Source of the DNA: a virus
Strand: one strand, 5' to 3'
DNA length: 60,359 nucleotides
Virus record (IMG/VR): IMGVR_UViG_3300037509_000016
Span: 1-60,359 of that record
Part shown: piece after piece, positions 26,679-33,841 of the stretch
Layout: the number at the start of each line of letters is the position of its first letter
Numbering within the stretch: position 1 is the stretch's first letter
The notes under the pieces: generated by a model
The model's input: the letters and a program-made list of their open reading frames with translations, nothing else
The model's database searches: none
What the model was told of the DNA's origin: nothing
Translations under genes and position numbers: made by a program

Positions 26679-27097
26679 TTACCTCCCTCCAGATCATCAG
26701 CCAGCCCACCCTCGAGCGCGTTGCCGCTCGAGCCCTGGCCGACGGCACCACCCTGACCATCAAACGCGCGGGGTCTCAGGTCTGGTTTCAGACCGAGACC
26801 CCATCGGTGCGCTGCAATCTCGGGCTGTTCGTCCTTGACGACGGATCCTGTCAGATCGTCGGCCAAGCCTACGGGCGCGACGATACCGATCTCGGGGAGT
26901 GGACCGAGACCTTCGCCCCAGAACAGAACCTGCTGTACCTCGAGGCCGCTGCGATGCTCGGGGAAATGGAGTACGAGTCCCACGCCCAGTCGGTCTGCGC
27001 CGGCACCGCCGATTGCCCTTACTGCGAGACCCACATCAAGGGCAACTGCGACGGCCCCGACAACTGCCGCCAGTGCAAGGAAGAGGCACCCGAATGA
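26675..27097 (+). CDS. Hypothetical protein with a C-terminal Cys cluster
   Basis: ATGA overlap start. Sequence CAGTADCPYCETHIKGNCDGPDNCRQC. Confidence 0.5.
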   Translation: MITSLQIISQPTLERVAARALADGTTLTIKRAGSQVWFQTETPSVRCNLGLFVLDDGSCQIVGQAYGRDDTDLGEWTETFAPEQNLLYLEAAAMLGEMEYESHAQSVCAGTADCPYCETHIKGNCDGPDNCRQCKEEAPE

Positions 27098-27393
27098 GCC
27101 ACACCTACGACATTGTTTCTCGTCTCGAGGGAACGGCTGTCTACCGCAATGGTTTGTACATCACCACCCGTCAGACGCTGCAGGAGGGTCTCGGCCACCT
27201 CCGCTTCCTGCGCCAGCGCGACCTCGCTGCCGACCTCGCGAAGGACGCCCAGTGCTGGTACTGCGCTGGCCCCGCCGTGGCGGATGCCTGCTGTGTCCCC
27301 TGCCAGGCGTCCCTCTGCTCGCGCACCGACTGTGTCGAGAATCACCGATACTTCGACCACGATCATCGTTCGGAAGGAGCGCCCGATGCCTGA
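27094..27393 (+). CDS. Hypothetical Cys-rich protein
   Basis: ATGA overlap start. Sequence CWYC...CCVPC...C...C. Confidence 0.5.
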   Translation: MSHTYDIVSRLEGTAVYRNGLYITTRQTLQEGLGHLRFLRQRDLAADLAKDAQCWYCAGPAVADACCVPCQASLCSRTDCVENHRYFDHDHRSEGAPDA

Positions 27394-27859
27394 CGAGATG
27401 TTCATCGTCGCGTGTGACACGGAGACGACGGTCCACGCCTTCATCACCGAGCACGCCGTCTACCTGCACCCACACGACGCCGTCGGGCTCGACGCGCTCC
27501 AATACCTGCTGGATCAGTCCAAGCGTGGCAACCCCTTTGCGTCCCTGATGCCGACCTTGCGCCAGGAGCCTGTCGCTAGCGACTTCACCGTCTCTTGCCC
27601 CAACCTCGGCGGCAAGCCGATGGCGCAACTGTTCGCCACCCTGCTGGCGATGGGCCAGTCCTGTCAGGCCAGCCTCGACGACGACCTCGATCCACCAGAG
27701 TGGCTGGCCGACGCCAAGCGCCTCGGCCATATGGCGCTCGGGCTGGTGCAGGAGATGAATCAGGAGATGGCCTCGACCGACCGCCGCTCGGAGGTGCTCA
27801 ACACCCGCCCGATGGGCCTGCGCTATAGCTCCGACTGGCCCAGGAATCGGAGCAACTGA
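27386..27859 (+). CDS. Hypothetical protein
   Basis: ATG after GGAAGGAG. 157 aa. Confidence 0.55.
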   Translation: MPDEMFIVACDTETTVHAFITEHAVYLHPHDAVGLDALQYLLDQSKRGNPFASLMPTLRQEPVASDFTVSCPNLGGKPMAQLFATLLAMGQSCQASLDDDLDPPEWLADAKRLGHMALGLVQEMNQEMASTDRRSEVLNTRPMGLRYSSDWPRNRSN

Positions 27860-29197
27860 ATGGAGCAACCTGATGGGCTGGCTGTACATCCCACCCGAGA
27901 GCTTCTCGGGGCTGCCCTCTTCGCCGGCGGCGGAGGACTCGAGCTTGGAGTCTCCGCCGCCCTTGGCGTCCTTGGACACACCTATCGGACTGCCGTTGCT
28001 GTGGAAGGCGAAGCCTACGCGGCGGCAGTCATGGCTGCGCGTATGGAAGAAGGATCCCTGGACAAGGCTCCTATCTGGGACGACGTGCGAACCTTCGACG
28101 GCAGACCGTGGCGTGGCATCGTGGATCTCGTCTCTGGCGGGTTTCCGTGCCAGGATATCTCCACGGCTGGCGCTCGCGCCGGTATTGGCGGGGAACGATC
28201 CGGACTCTGGTTCGACATGGCTCGGATCATTCGCGACGTGGCACCCCGATACATTTTCGTGGAGAACGTCGGCGCTCTCATTGTTCGAGGACTCGACGCC
28301 GTTCTCGGATCGCTGGCCGACCTCGGGTACGATGCGGAGTGGGACGTGTTTTCTGCGTCGGAAGTCAGTGCGCCGCACCGCCGCCAGCGCGTTTTCATCC
28401 TGGCCGAATGCGCCTGTCACCGACGCGCTGACCCCCATCCCCACCATGTCGCCGTGGCCGACGCCGGACGCATCGGTGGCGCAGGACGGCGAGGGAGTCG
28501 AGACCTGGTCTGCGCGGCGCGAAATTCTGAAGGCCAAGAAGATCAACGGCAACGGGGCGGGGACGCCGCTCTCGATCGCAGCACAGCAGTGGCCGACGCC
28601 GACGGTACCAGCGCCGCACGACTCGGAGGCAAGCGCGGGGCGGCTGCGACCGCAGCGCGAGGGGTACGGGGTGGATCTCGCCAACGCGGCGGGGACGTGG
28701 CGGACCCCTCGAGCGGAGGATGCCGAAGCATCGGGAGCCCACCGCAACGGGACGGGGAGCCTGTACTCCCAGGCGCTCTGGACAACCCCAACCCTGGCCG
28801 ACTCGAAGAACACCCAGGCACCGAGTGCCGAGCAGCGGAAGGGCACCTATCTGTTCCGGCAGGCCCGTCTCTGGCCGACACCGTCCGGAATGGCGGGGAC
28901 GACCGAGTCGCGCGAGTCGAACGGGGGCGGGGAGTTCGCCCAGATGGTGACCCGCTCAGAGGCGAGCCAATCTTCCCGCCAGGCCCGACCGACGTGCAGT
29001 CATGGCGGACCGTGCAAGCTGGTCTTGAACCCGCGTTTTGTCGAATGGCTGATGGGCTGGCCGGACCAGTGGTCCCAGGCAGCCCCCTCTACGGGCGGCT
29101 CCTACGGCTCCGCCTCCTTGGCAATGGCGTGGTACCTCTCCAGGCTTCGGTCGCTTTCCTTGCGCTACTTCGGAATCTCAGACAGCGAGGTAACTGA
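27860..29197 (+). CDS. DNA (cytosine-5)-methyltransferase, catalytic-motif frame. Motifs I-VIII lie at the 5' end and motif X at the 3' end; the middle ~230 codons look non-coding in this frame.
   Basis: FAGGGG (27920), GGFPCQDIS (Cys codon 28148-28150), FVENV (28262), APHRRQRVFILA (to 28405), LLGNGVVPLQA (29120-29137). Confidence 0.75.
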   Translation: MEQPDGLAVHPTRELLGAALFAGGGGLELGVSAALGVLGHTYRTAVAVEGEAYAAAVMAARMEEGSLDKAPIWDDVRTFDGRPWRGIVDLVSGGFPCQDISTAGARAGIGGERSGLWFDMARIIRDVAPRYIFVENVGALIVRGLDAVLGSLADLGYDAEWDVFSASEVSAPHRRQRVFILAECACHRRADPHPHHVAVADAGRIGGAGRRGSRDLVCAARNSEGQEDQRQRGGDAALDRSTAVADADGTSAARLGGKRGAAATAARGVRGGSRQRGGDVADPSSGGCRSIGSPPQRDGEPVLPGALDNPNPGRLEEHPGTECRAAEGHLSVPAGPSLADTVRNGGDDRVARVERGRGVRPDGDPLRGEPIFPPGPTDVQSWRTVQAGLEPAFCRMADGLAGPVVPGSPLYGRLLRLRLLGNGVVPLQASVAFLALLRNLRQRGN

Positions 29198-29201
29198 ATG
29201 A
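27873..29201 (+). CDS. Overlapping +1-frame ORF. It carries the target-recognition-type region of the same methyltransferase (WxTP repeats, EWLMGWP). The coding status of its N-terminal 175 aa is uncertain.
   Basis: Five W-x-T-P repeats (28455, 28590, 28698, 28779, 28872) and NPRFVEWLMGWPDQW. Third-position GC is about 86% in this segment by hand tally. Has its own GGAGCAAC-N4-ATG start module. Confidence 0.6.
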   Translation: MGWLYIPPESFSGLPSSPAAEDSSLESPPPLASLDTPIGLPLLWKAKPTRRQSWLRVWKKDPWTRLLSGTTCEPSTADRGVASWISSLAGFRARISPRLALAPVLAGNDPDSGSTWLGSFATWHPDTFSWRTSALSLFEDSTPFSDRWPTSGTMRSGTCFLRRKSVRRTAASAFSSWPNAPVTDALTPIPTMSPWPTPDASVAQDGEGVETWSARREILKAKKINGNGAGTPLSIAAQQWPTPTVPAPHDSEASAGRLRPQREGYGVDLANAAGTWRTPRAEDAEASGAHRNGTGSLYSQALWTTPTLADSKNTQAPSAEQRKGTYLFRQARLWPTPSGMAGTTESRESNGGGEFAQMVTRSEASQSSRQARPTCSHGGPCKLVLNPRFVEWLMGWPDQWSQAAPSTGGSYGSASLAMAWYLSRLRSLSLRYFGISDSEVTE

Positions 29202-29395
29202 CCACCGTGGCCGATGCCGACCGATGGCAGATTATGTTGCAGAGGCTGCTACGCGACCGCACGCAGGAGCAGCTGGCCGAAACCCTGGGTGTCAATCGTC
29301 AGACCGTCCTGCGGTGGGCCAACGGCCAGCGCCGTCCTCAACCGATGGCCCGCCGAGCCATCGAAGAGTTGGCGCGAGATGAAGGGCTCGGGTAA
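29198..29395 (+). CDS. Small HTH DNA-binding protein (XRE/Cro-like)
   Basis: TQEQLAETLGVNRQTVLRWANG. Confidence 0.65.
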   Translation: MTTVADADRWQIMLQRLLRDRTQEQLAETLGVNRQTVLRWANGQRRPQPMARRAIEELARDEGLG

Positions 29396-29399
29396 CACC

Positions 29400-29972
29400 A
29401 TGACCCATGTCGTTCAGTGCAACGGCCCGCGCTGCGAGCGGCTGGCCGCTGTCCCGACCGCCCTGTCGATCTGGATCCAGCGCACCGCTGGTGTCGAGGG
29501 CACGTCCGTCCGAAGCTCGCTCGACTTCTGCTCCTTCGACTGCGAACGTGCCTGGCACCTCGAGGTCCTGGACAGAGAGACCGATGCCGTTGTCCGCGCC
29601 GCTGCCGAGCAGATGCAGGGCAAAGTTGATGCAATGCGCCACGATCCCGACTTTCTCGAGGCCACCGATCCCGCCGACTGGTGGCCGATCTACCATCAGG
29701 GCTGCGGCAGGCCCGGCGCGTACTACCAGCGGATGCCCGACTTCCCCGATATCCCCGAGATTGACGACTTCGTCCACATTGACGGATCCTCCTTCGACGG
29801 GGACGATCTCCTCACCCAGACCTACTGCGGAACGTGCGGTGAGGAGTGGCCCGCTGTTATGTTCCTGGCCCGAGCCCAACTCGCCCTCGAGGCGTGGCAA
29901 GGGCACCTCGAGGATGTAGAATCGCAGCAGGCCAACCCAGGCACGGAGGAGGACGCCGATGCCCCACGGTAA
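29400..29972 (+). CDS. Hypothetical acidic protein with Cys motifs
   Basis: ATG 29400 within track ORF 29214..29972. 190 aa. Confidence 0.55.
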   Translation: MTHVVQCNGPRCERLAAVPTALSIWIQRTAGVEGTSVRSSLDFCSFDCERAWHLEVLDRETDAVVRAAAEQMQGKVDAMRHDPDFLEATDPADWWPIYHQGCGRPGAYYQRMPDFPDIPEIDDFVHIDGSSFDGDDLLTQTYCGTCGEEWPAVMFLARAQLALEAWQGHLEDVESQQANPGTEEDADAPR

Positions 29973-30186
29973 CTACGGCAGCCAGCGCAACCCGACGGGG
30001 ATGCCGCCCACCCGCGTGACCGGCAACCAGCCCACCAACGTCGGCGGCAACGAGCTCCCTGACCCGCTGCACACCTGCCCCAGTTGCGGACGCACCTACA
30101 CCGAGCGCGGCTATGTCTCGGGCAGCTGGTGCCCCCACTGCGGTCCGGTCGGCAGCAGCTTCTACGGTGACGACGACGATGGCTGA
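29959..30186 (+). CDS. Zinc-ribbon protein
   Basis: CPSCGRTY...CPHCG. Confidence 0.5.
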   Translation: MPHGNYGSQRNPTGMPPTRVTGNQPTNVGGNELPDPLHTCPSCGRTYTERGYVSGSWCPHCGPVGSSFYGDDDDG

Positions 30187-30280
30187 CCTCCCGCCCCCCA
30201 TCATCCTGCTGGTGGTGCTGGTGGTGGTCTGCGCGGTGGTCTTCTACTACCGTGACGGACTCCCGCCCCGTCGCTGGTGA
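30179..30280 (+). CDS. 33-aa single-TM peptide; not in the ORF track
   Basis: MADLPPPIILLVVLVVVCAVVFYYRDGLPPRRW. The start overlaps the upstream stop. Confidence 0.35.
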   Translation: MADLPPPIILLVVLVVVCAVVFYYRDGLPPRRW

Positions 30281-30459
30281 AGCACCACAAGGAGTGCCCG
30301 TACCGAAACTTTGACATTGCTCGACACCTTGCGGTCTGCTCTGACTGCACCCGCAAGGGACTCGAGGAGCGGTGCCGCCCCCACTGTCCCGTCCGACTGG
30401 GGGGCGACGATCCGCCGATAATCTCCCTCAGCGGAGGATTGACCCCGAAAGGAGACTGA
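30277..30459 (+). CDS. Small Cys-rich protein
   Basis: GTGA overlap start. 60 aa. Confidence 0.35.
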   Translation: MKHHKECPYRNFDIARHLAVCSDCTRKGLEERCRPHCPVRLGGDDPPIISLSGGLTPKGD

Positions 30460-30464
30460 TTCCT

Positions 30465-31361
30465 TTGCCCGCCCTTCGATATCCGCACCCGAACCCAGAC
30501 GCCGTCCCGTCCGCTCGAGCGGTGCCCTGCCACGGCTACAAGTGGAGCGGGCCGCGGCACGGTCTCCCGTCCCAACCCGGCAACCGTCACTGCCGACGCT
30601 GGAAGTGGCCGGGCTCGAAAAGCTGCCAGTCCTGCGCCACTGTCCGGAACTGGAAGCGCCCCGCCTACCGCGCGGCCATCACGGCGAAGGCGCGGGAGCG
30701 TTGGCCCAAGCGTCCACCCCCGCCCGCAGATCCTGCCGCCCACTTGCTGGCCTACTCGGCTCCCGAGATCACGGTTATGACCAACCTGGCCGGGCGGGTG
30801 CCCTTGCCTGAGATCGTCGAACGGGTCAACGCTCTACGCACGACGTTCGAGCTGCCCCTGCGTAGTCATCGCGCCGTCGAGCGGAAGATGACCAAGCTCG
30901 GGCTCCAGACCGGTCTCTCAGGCGGCTGGACACTGAACGCGCTACGGGCGTTCTTCTCCTGTGGTGAGCCGCTCATTCGCCAGTGGCTCGAGCAGGGCAT
31001 TCTCCCCGGTCGCCGCGCCGGACTCGCGACCGGCACCGGAGCAGACTGGTACGTCAGCGATCAGGACTTACGCGCGTTCCTGCTCGCCAACCCACTGCTC
31101 TATCACCCGAGCCGCATCACCAACCGTGCCTGGCGAGCCACGGTCCAGCAAGCCGCTGGCATCTCGCCCTGGCTCACGGTCACCGAAGCGGGCCAGCTTG
31201 TCGGGCTGAGCCGTCGCACCATCCTGCGCTACGCATCTGAAGGGAGGATCCCGTCCCACCCGCGCCCCGCGCTCAGCGTCGGGGCCGAGAAACTCGCGTT
31301 CTACCGTTCCGAGCTTATGGACTGGCTGCGAGGCCAGAATACCCGTAGGAGAGCATCATGA
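30465..31361 (+). CDS. DNA-binding protein with an excisionase/MerR-type HTH (HTH_17-like) and an N-terminal Cys/His cluster
   Basis: WLTVTEAGQLVGLSRRTILRYASEGRIPS. TTG start 9 nt after GAAAGGAGA, preferred over the track start at 30372. Confidence 0.5.
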   Translation: MPALRYPHPNPDAVPSARAVPCHGYKWSGPRHGLPSQPGNRHCRRWKWPGSKSCQSCATVRNWKRPAYRAAITAKARERWPKRPPPPADPAAHLLAYSAPEITVMTNLAGRVPLPEIVERVNALRTTFELPLRSHRAVERKMTKLGLQTGLSGGWTLNALRAFFSCGEPLIRQWLEQGILPGRRAGLATGTGADWYVSDQDLRAFLLANPLLYHPSRITNRAWRATVQQAAGISPWLTVTEAGQLVGLSRRTILRYASEGRIPSHPRPALSVGAEKLAFYRSELMDWLRGQNTRRRAS

Positions 31362-31489
31362 TTTCCGTCCCACGAATTCTCGCCCTGCCCCTGGCGATTG
31401 TCTGCCTCGTCACCTACTTCGCCGTCGCCGGCGTTGTGGATCTGCTGCGCTGGCTCCGCAGCGTCATCAACCGTGGGGAGGCTGCGTGA
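31358..31489 (+). CDS. 43-aa single-TM peptide; not in the ORF track
   Basis: MISVPRILALPLAIVCLVTYFAVAGVV... ATGA overlap start after TAGGAGAG. Confidence 0.4.
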   Translation: MISVPRILALPLAIVCLVTYFAVAGVVDLLRWLRSVINRGEAA

Positions 31490-32019
31490 GCACCCCCGTC
31501 AACTACCAGGAACTGGCGATGCGCCACACGCCGCTCGAGCTTGGCGCAACCGTTCAGGGCATCCGCGAGGCGTTGCAGGGCGAGCCTTCGATCTCGCCCT
31601 CGATCAACGTTTTGCTGGCCTATGTCGAGTCCCTCGAGTTGGCGATCGAGAAGCGGCGGGGGGAGCCTACTCCCCCGCCGCCCCCGAATCGCGAAGCCCT
31701 GGTCGAGGCACTAGCCGACGCCGAGCACGCCAGCTGGTCACACTGGATGGACTACCTGTTCGAGCAGTGCCGCCCCCGACCTGAGGGGGGATTGATTATC
31801 CCGCCCGAGCTTGTCTCCCGCTGGATGCGCCAGGCAGCTACCCCCTACAGCGCCCTGTCCGAGCCTGAGAAGGAGTCCGACCGCCAGGAGGTGCGGAAGA
31901 TCCTGCCGATCATCGAGCTCTATCTCGCGGCCATGATGGTCAAGCCGTTGACCGAAGCCTTTCCGCTGCCGCCCCAGGGCTGGCAGAAGCTGCTCGACGA
32001 GCGAGGTCAGACACCATGA
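31486..32019 (+). CDS. Protein with a RyR-like domain
   Basis: ADAEHASWSHWM...TPYSALSEPEKESDRQEVRKIL resembles the bacterial/phage RyR repeat pattern (HE.W...PY..LSE.EK..DR). Confidence 0.45.
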   Translation: MSTPVNYQELAMRHTPLELGATVQGIREALQGEPSISPSINVLLAYVESLELAIEKRRGEPTPPPPPNREALVEALADAEHASWSHWMDYLFEQCRPRPEGGLIIPPELVSRWMRQAATPYSALSEPEKESDRQEVRKILPIIELYLAAMMVKPLTEAFPLPPQGWQKLLDERGQTP

Positions 32020-32339
32020 TGCCGACCGAAGAGGAGTTGGCCCACCTCCGCCGTGCCCACTGCGCATCCGACTTCCGCCCCGTCTGTATCCGCTGCTCAG
32101 GAGCGCAGCACCCCTGCCCGGTTATCCGCTTGCTGGATGTGATCGAGGAACAGACGGAGGTGACCTGTTCCTGCGGCCACAACGACAACCCCGAGCAGGT
32201 ACTGCCCTGCGCCTATGAGGTGCTCGCCAACGTCGAGCCGTTCCAACTCGAGGCGCGGGACTTTGCCGAGAAGGTGCAGGCACACACGATGAAGACGACC
32301 GGCCTGCCGCGCCTGTCGCGCCGCTGGAGGATGCGATGA
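32016..32339 (+). CDS. Hypothetical Cys-rich protein
   Basis: ATGA overlap start. 107 aa. Confidence 0.5.
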   Translation: MMPTEEELAHLRRAHCASDFRPVCIRCSGAQHPCPVIRLLDVIEEQTEVTCSCGHNDNPEQVLPCAYEVLANVEPFQLEARDFAEKVQAHTMKTTGLPRLSRRWRMR

Positions 32340-32470
32340 AAGAGGACCGTCTCGATATCGCCCTGGCGCTGCTGGTGCAACTGGTTCACCTCGTCCTGCT
32401 CGGGGCGTTCATCCACTGGCGGACCCAGGATCTGCTCGGCCAGCTGCAGCGCCTGGTCGGGCGGTTCTGA
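32336..32470 (+). CDS. 44-aa hydrophobic peptide; not in the ORF track
   Basis: MKEDRLDIALALLVQLVHLVLLGAFIHW... ATGA overlap start. Confidence 0.35.
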   Translation: MKEDRLDIALALLVQLVHLVLLGAFIHWRTQDLLGQLQRLVGRF

Positions 32471-32631
32471 TGGCTCGCGCCTGCACCGTTGCCGCCCTGA
32501 TCCTTGGCTGCCTGGCGTTGCTGGCCGCGATGGACGACCAGAATCCTGTTCTGGCCCTCCCGCTCGCCCTGACCGCCTTCCTGCTGATGGTCTTCGTTGC
32601 CCCCACGCACGACCTGGACGAGGAGGATTGA
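32470..32631 (+). CDS. 53-aa two-TM peptide; not in the ORF track
   Basis: MARACTVAALILGCLALLAAMDDQNPVLALPLALTAFLLMVFVAP... TGATG overlaps at both ends. Confidence 0.4.
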   Translation: MARACTVAALILGCLALLAAMDDQNPVLALPLALTAFLLMVFVAPTHDLDEED

Positions 32632-33077
32632 TGGGATACCAACCGCCCCCCGCCGCGCCGACCACTGACTGGGAGATTCTCGGACGCCGCGGCATCGCCC
32701 CGCCCGCCACCCTGGAACAGGGAGAGGAGCGCCTGGCACTCCTACAGGGCGAGGTACTGCTGATTCAGGGACAACTCGCCGCCAACCGACCGGTCGGACG
32801 GCTCCCCGCTCGGGACTTCGAGGAGTACCAGGCGTGGAAACGGAAGGCTGCCTGGGCGCTCCAGGCCAAGAACGCCGAGATTGCCGCCCTCCGACGCTGG
32901 TGCCAGCGCGAGCGTGAACGCCCGAAGCCCCCGAACCTGAGCGACCGTCGCCACCTTCGACGCTGTCTCTACCACCTGCGCCTGCTCGCAGACCACCTCG
33001 ACGAGGAGGGACGGGCCATTCTCGAAGCTGCCGAGCGTCACCTGCAGGACGGGGATGAGGAAGAGGGGTCTTCCTGA
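32631..33077 (+). CDS. Hypothetical coiled-coil protein
   Basis: ATG 32631 (TGATG overlap). 148 aa. Confidence 0.5.
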   Translation: MGYQPPPAAPTTDWEILGRRGIAPPATLEQGEERLALLQGEVLLIQGQLAANRPVGRLPARDFEEYQAWKRKAAWALQAKNAEIAALRRWCQRERERPKPPNLSDRRHLRRCLYHLRLLADHLDEEGRAILEAAERHLQDGDEEEGSS

Positions 33078-33325
33078 TGGGGAGCACGCCTGCCGTCCTT
33101 GATCGCCGCCGTCGCCAGTTCAGCCGAGACCTTTCCGACGACCTGAACGATCTCAGTCGAAGACTGGTCGATGCAGTCGTTCGCGGCTACGACCCAGACG
33201 AAGCCGCAGAGGTCTTCGGAGCCACCCTCGATTACCTGACCGACCAGTACCACCAGCGGATGACAGCAGCCGAGCGCCGCTCGAACGCCGCCTGGTATGG
33301 ACGCTGGCTACGGGGGGAGTTCTGA
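33077..33325 (+). CDS. Hypothetical protein; last gene of the early operon
   Basis: TGATG overlap start. 82 aa. Confidence 0.5.
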   Translation: MGSTPAVLDRRRRQFSRDLSDDLNDLSRRLVDAVVRGYDPDEAAEVFGATLDYLTDQYHQRMTAAERRSNAAWYGRWLRGEF

Positions 33326-33332
33326 ACACAAA

Positions 33333-33361
33333 GAAGCCGGTGGGTTGTCCCCACCGGCTTC
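33333..33361. terminator. Terminator hairpin shared by convergent transcription units. The U-tract is on the minus-strand side.
   Basis: 12-bp perfect stem: gaagccggtggg pairs with cccaccggcttc across a 5-nt loop. On the minus strand it is followed by TTTGTGTT. Confidence 0.7.
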
Positions 33362-33382
33362 GCCAGCCTCGCTCAATCGCCC

Positions 33383-33595
33383 TTACTGTGGGACGACCTC
33401 AGCCTCCTCAGTCTCGGCCCCGCCGTCCTCAGCCGGCTTCATCCCACGGCGCTCCTCGTTGCGCTGCTGCTGCTCCGCAGCGCGGTCCTGACCACGGCTC
33501 TCGCCACGGTTCCCCTGGTTGCCACCCTGTGACCCCTGGGATCCCGGATTCTCTGGTCGCTTGCCCTGGCTCCCAGGATTCTCTGGCTTCGGCAT
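33383..33595 (-). CDS. Small, highly hydrophilic low-complexity protein (70 aa); the only convincing minus-strand gene
   Basis: Minus-strand ATG (33595) lies 5 nt after GGAGG. Sequence MPKPENPGSQGKRPENPGSQGSQGGNQGNRGESRGQDR...EEAEVVPQ. It is the 3' part of track ORF 33383..34060 and has its own terminator. Confidence 0.6.
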   Translation of the reverse strand: MPKPENPGSQGKRPENPGSQGSQGGNQGNRGESRGQDRAAEQQQRNEERRGMKPAEDGGAETEEAEVVPQ

Positions 33596-33641
33596 TGTAC
33601 CTCCATGGCCGTAACGTCGGCCTGCTTCAAGTGTACACCCA

Positions 33642-33824
33642 ATGAAGACCACCACCGGCGTTCGCTGCCCCCGCTGCCGTCTGATCTGGACGTATCTCGG
33701 TGGCAACTGGAGGCGGATGAGTCTCGAGTTCAACGTCGAGCCCAAGCGCCCGATCCAGGTCAACCACCACCTCTGGGTCAAGGACGCTGACGGGATGCCG
33801 CTGTATCTCTGTGAGGCAGGGTAG
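33642..33824 (+). CDS. Small CxxC protein; first gene of the late operon
   Basis: MKTTTGVRCPRCRLIW... Normal amino-acid composition. Confidence 0.45.
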   Translation: MKTTTGVRCPRCRLIWTYLGGNWRRMSLEFNVEPKRPIQVNHHLWVKDADGMPLYLCEAG

Positions 33825-33841
33825 GTATCATTCATTACCCT

